This document shows, piece after piece, positions 62,906-64,000 of a stretch of DNA of 64,000 bases. This DNA is from an uncultured delta proteobacterium (GTDB taxonomy: Bacteria; Desulfobacterota; Syntrophia; Syntrophales; Smithellaceae), in the NCBI GenBank assembly GCA_963851005.1, contig CAWKNI010000008.1, positions 155,199 to 219,198 of the forward strand. The letters are read 5' to 3'. The notes below the pieces were generated by a model that was not told the DNA's origin, made no database searches, and saw only the letters and a program-made list of their open reading frames with translations. How positions within the stretch are numbered: position 1 is the first letter of the stretch; every line of letters starts with the position of its first letter. A program made the translations under genes and the position numbers.

Positions 62906-64000
62906 TCAGTGGCATAATCCTCTAGTAGTTGCTACTTTCAATAATTCACAATCCCTCAATTCACATGCTTTTCGCGCATCTCGACAGCCGGAGATGTTAT
63001 CGCCCTGATTTAGATAAAGAAGCCCCCTGTTGAAGAAGGCATTTACATGATTCGGTTTGATTTCGATCGCCCTGCCATAATCCTCAATCGCCTGCTTGTA
63101 ATTGCCGAGTCCGTTATAGGAAAAGCCCCTATTCAAATAGGCCTCTGCATAATCCGGTTTGATTTCGATCGCTCTGCTTAAATCTTCGATCGCTTGCTTG
63201 TAATTGCCGAGTCTGTTATATGCATTACCCCTGTTAATATATACATCTGCAAAACCCCTGTTGATTTCGATCGTCCTATCAAAATCTTCAATTGCTGGTT
63301 TGTAATTGCCGATGTCAACATAGGCAGCACCCCTCATATTATAAATGAGCGCATTATAATCAGTAACCTTCAAAGTGTGATCATACAATGTAATACTGTT
63401 CTGCCAGTACCCGACCTGTTGCCATGTAATAATTGAAAGGCACAAAATGCTCAATACAGATGATGTCAAAAGTATTTCTTTCCGGTAGTTCCATTTTTTC
63501 AGGAGATCAGGAACACCCCATGCCACCACGATGAATAACCCTATCAGGGGAATATAAGTGTATCGGTCCGCCATGGCCTGATTGCCAGCCTGCACTATGC
63601 CGATGACAGGCACAAGCGTACCCGCATACCATAGCCAACCTGTTGCTAAATAAGAGAATTTCTTTGCCCTCCAGATAACTACTACGGTTATAGCGATAAG
63701 GATGAATACCGATCCCAAAACTTGCCAGGACAGCAACAACCCTGGATAAGGATAAAGGACAGCGAGATTACTCGGCCAGATCATCTTCCCAATGTAAGCA
63801 GTATAGGAAATGAAGGCATTCCCAATATGAACAACCGGTGGAAGATTTTCAATATATGTGAGGGTTACTGTACTTTGTGGGGATATGTATACGATACTTA
63901 AAAGCATTGCCAGGACAAAAAGGGGAACTTTTTCCCAGAGCAGAGGATAGATCAATGACCATTTATGTTCGGGATCGGCTGGTTTCTTTACTTCCAATGG
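62906..64000 (-). CDS. TMTC-like GT-C glycosyltransferase/TPR protein, paralog 5 (5' end beyond window)
   Basis: The open frame runs to the window edge. 63370-64000 is almost identical to 51340-51970 and the last ~90 nt to 50873-50965, but the TPR core differs. Tail GCRDARKACELRDCELLKVATTRGLCH. Confidence 0.7.
   Translation of the reverse strand, partial: PLEVKKPADPEHKWSLIYPLLWEKVPLFVLAMLLSIVYISPQSTVTLTYIENLPPVVHIGNAFISYTAYIGKMIWPSNLAVLYPYPGLLLSWQVLGSVFILIAITVVVIWRAKKFSYLATGWLWYAGTLVPVIGIVQAGNQAMADRYTYIPLIGLFIVVAWGVPDLLKKWNYRKEILLTSSVLSILCLSIITWQQVGYWQNSITLYDHTLKVTDYNALIYNMRGAAYVDIGNYKPAIEDFDRTIEINRGFADVYINRGNAYNRLGNYKQAIEDLSRAIEIKPDYAEAYLNRGFSYNGLGNYKQAIEDYGRAIEIKPNHVNAFFNRGLLYLNQGDNISGCRDARKACELRDCELLKVATTRGLCH

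Noticed and set aside
50990-63350. Diversity-generating retroelement acting on the variable TPR blocks
   Set aside because: There is no reverse transcriptase gene in the window, no template/variable repeat pair with adenine-specific differences, and the differences are spread over all bases. Recombination among TPR units explains the pattern.

Overview
This 64-kb chromosomal window looks like a strictly anaerobic, Desulfobacterota-type genome. That assignment is inferred from gene content only; no database search was possible.

Main contents:
- **Energy metabolism (11.4-34.1 kb, minus strand).** Two paralogous Flx/Hdr/MvhD electron-bifurcation-type clusters. One is followed by a tungsten-type aldehyde:ferredoxin oxidoreductase. 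The other holds a 1475-aa HdrA-GltD-HdrA fusion and an MvhD whose conserved Cys codon is an in-frame TGA, a candidate selenocysteine.
- **Degraded islet between the clusters.** An AT-rich stretch holds an IS-truncated RecB/TM0106-like nuclease and an HsdR_N-like gene split by one in-frame TAA.
- **Origin-type housekeeping block.** rpmH-rnpA-yidD-yidC-jag-mnmE, with the RNase P RNA gene (rnpB) divergently adjacent to it.
- **Sigma-54 unit.** A sigma-54 two-component system lies divergent from a good sigma-54 promoter. That promoter fronts an orphan ATP-synthase c-subunit carrying a signal peptide and an output-less Cache membrane protein.
- **Paralog family.** Five TMTC-like GT-C glycosyltransferase/TPR genes share a 4-Cys tail and a conserved upstream module. 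Two of them have near-identical flanks around divergent TPR cores.
- **Other genes.** fhs plus a GcvR-like ACT protein, an mgtA-like P-type ATPase, a RelE/RHH toxin-antitoxin pair and engB.
- **Mobile DNA.** Two almost identical IS3-family copies in which orfB is in the +1 frame, an IS91-like element with a tyrosine recombinase, and a 134-bp MITE.
- **Hairpin repeats.** At least six families of hairpin-forming intergenic repeats are present. Several show compensatory stem changes, and several have been absorbed into coding sequences.

No rRNA, tRNA or CRISPR array was seen. Whether any of this is novel cannot be judged without database searches.
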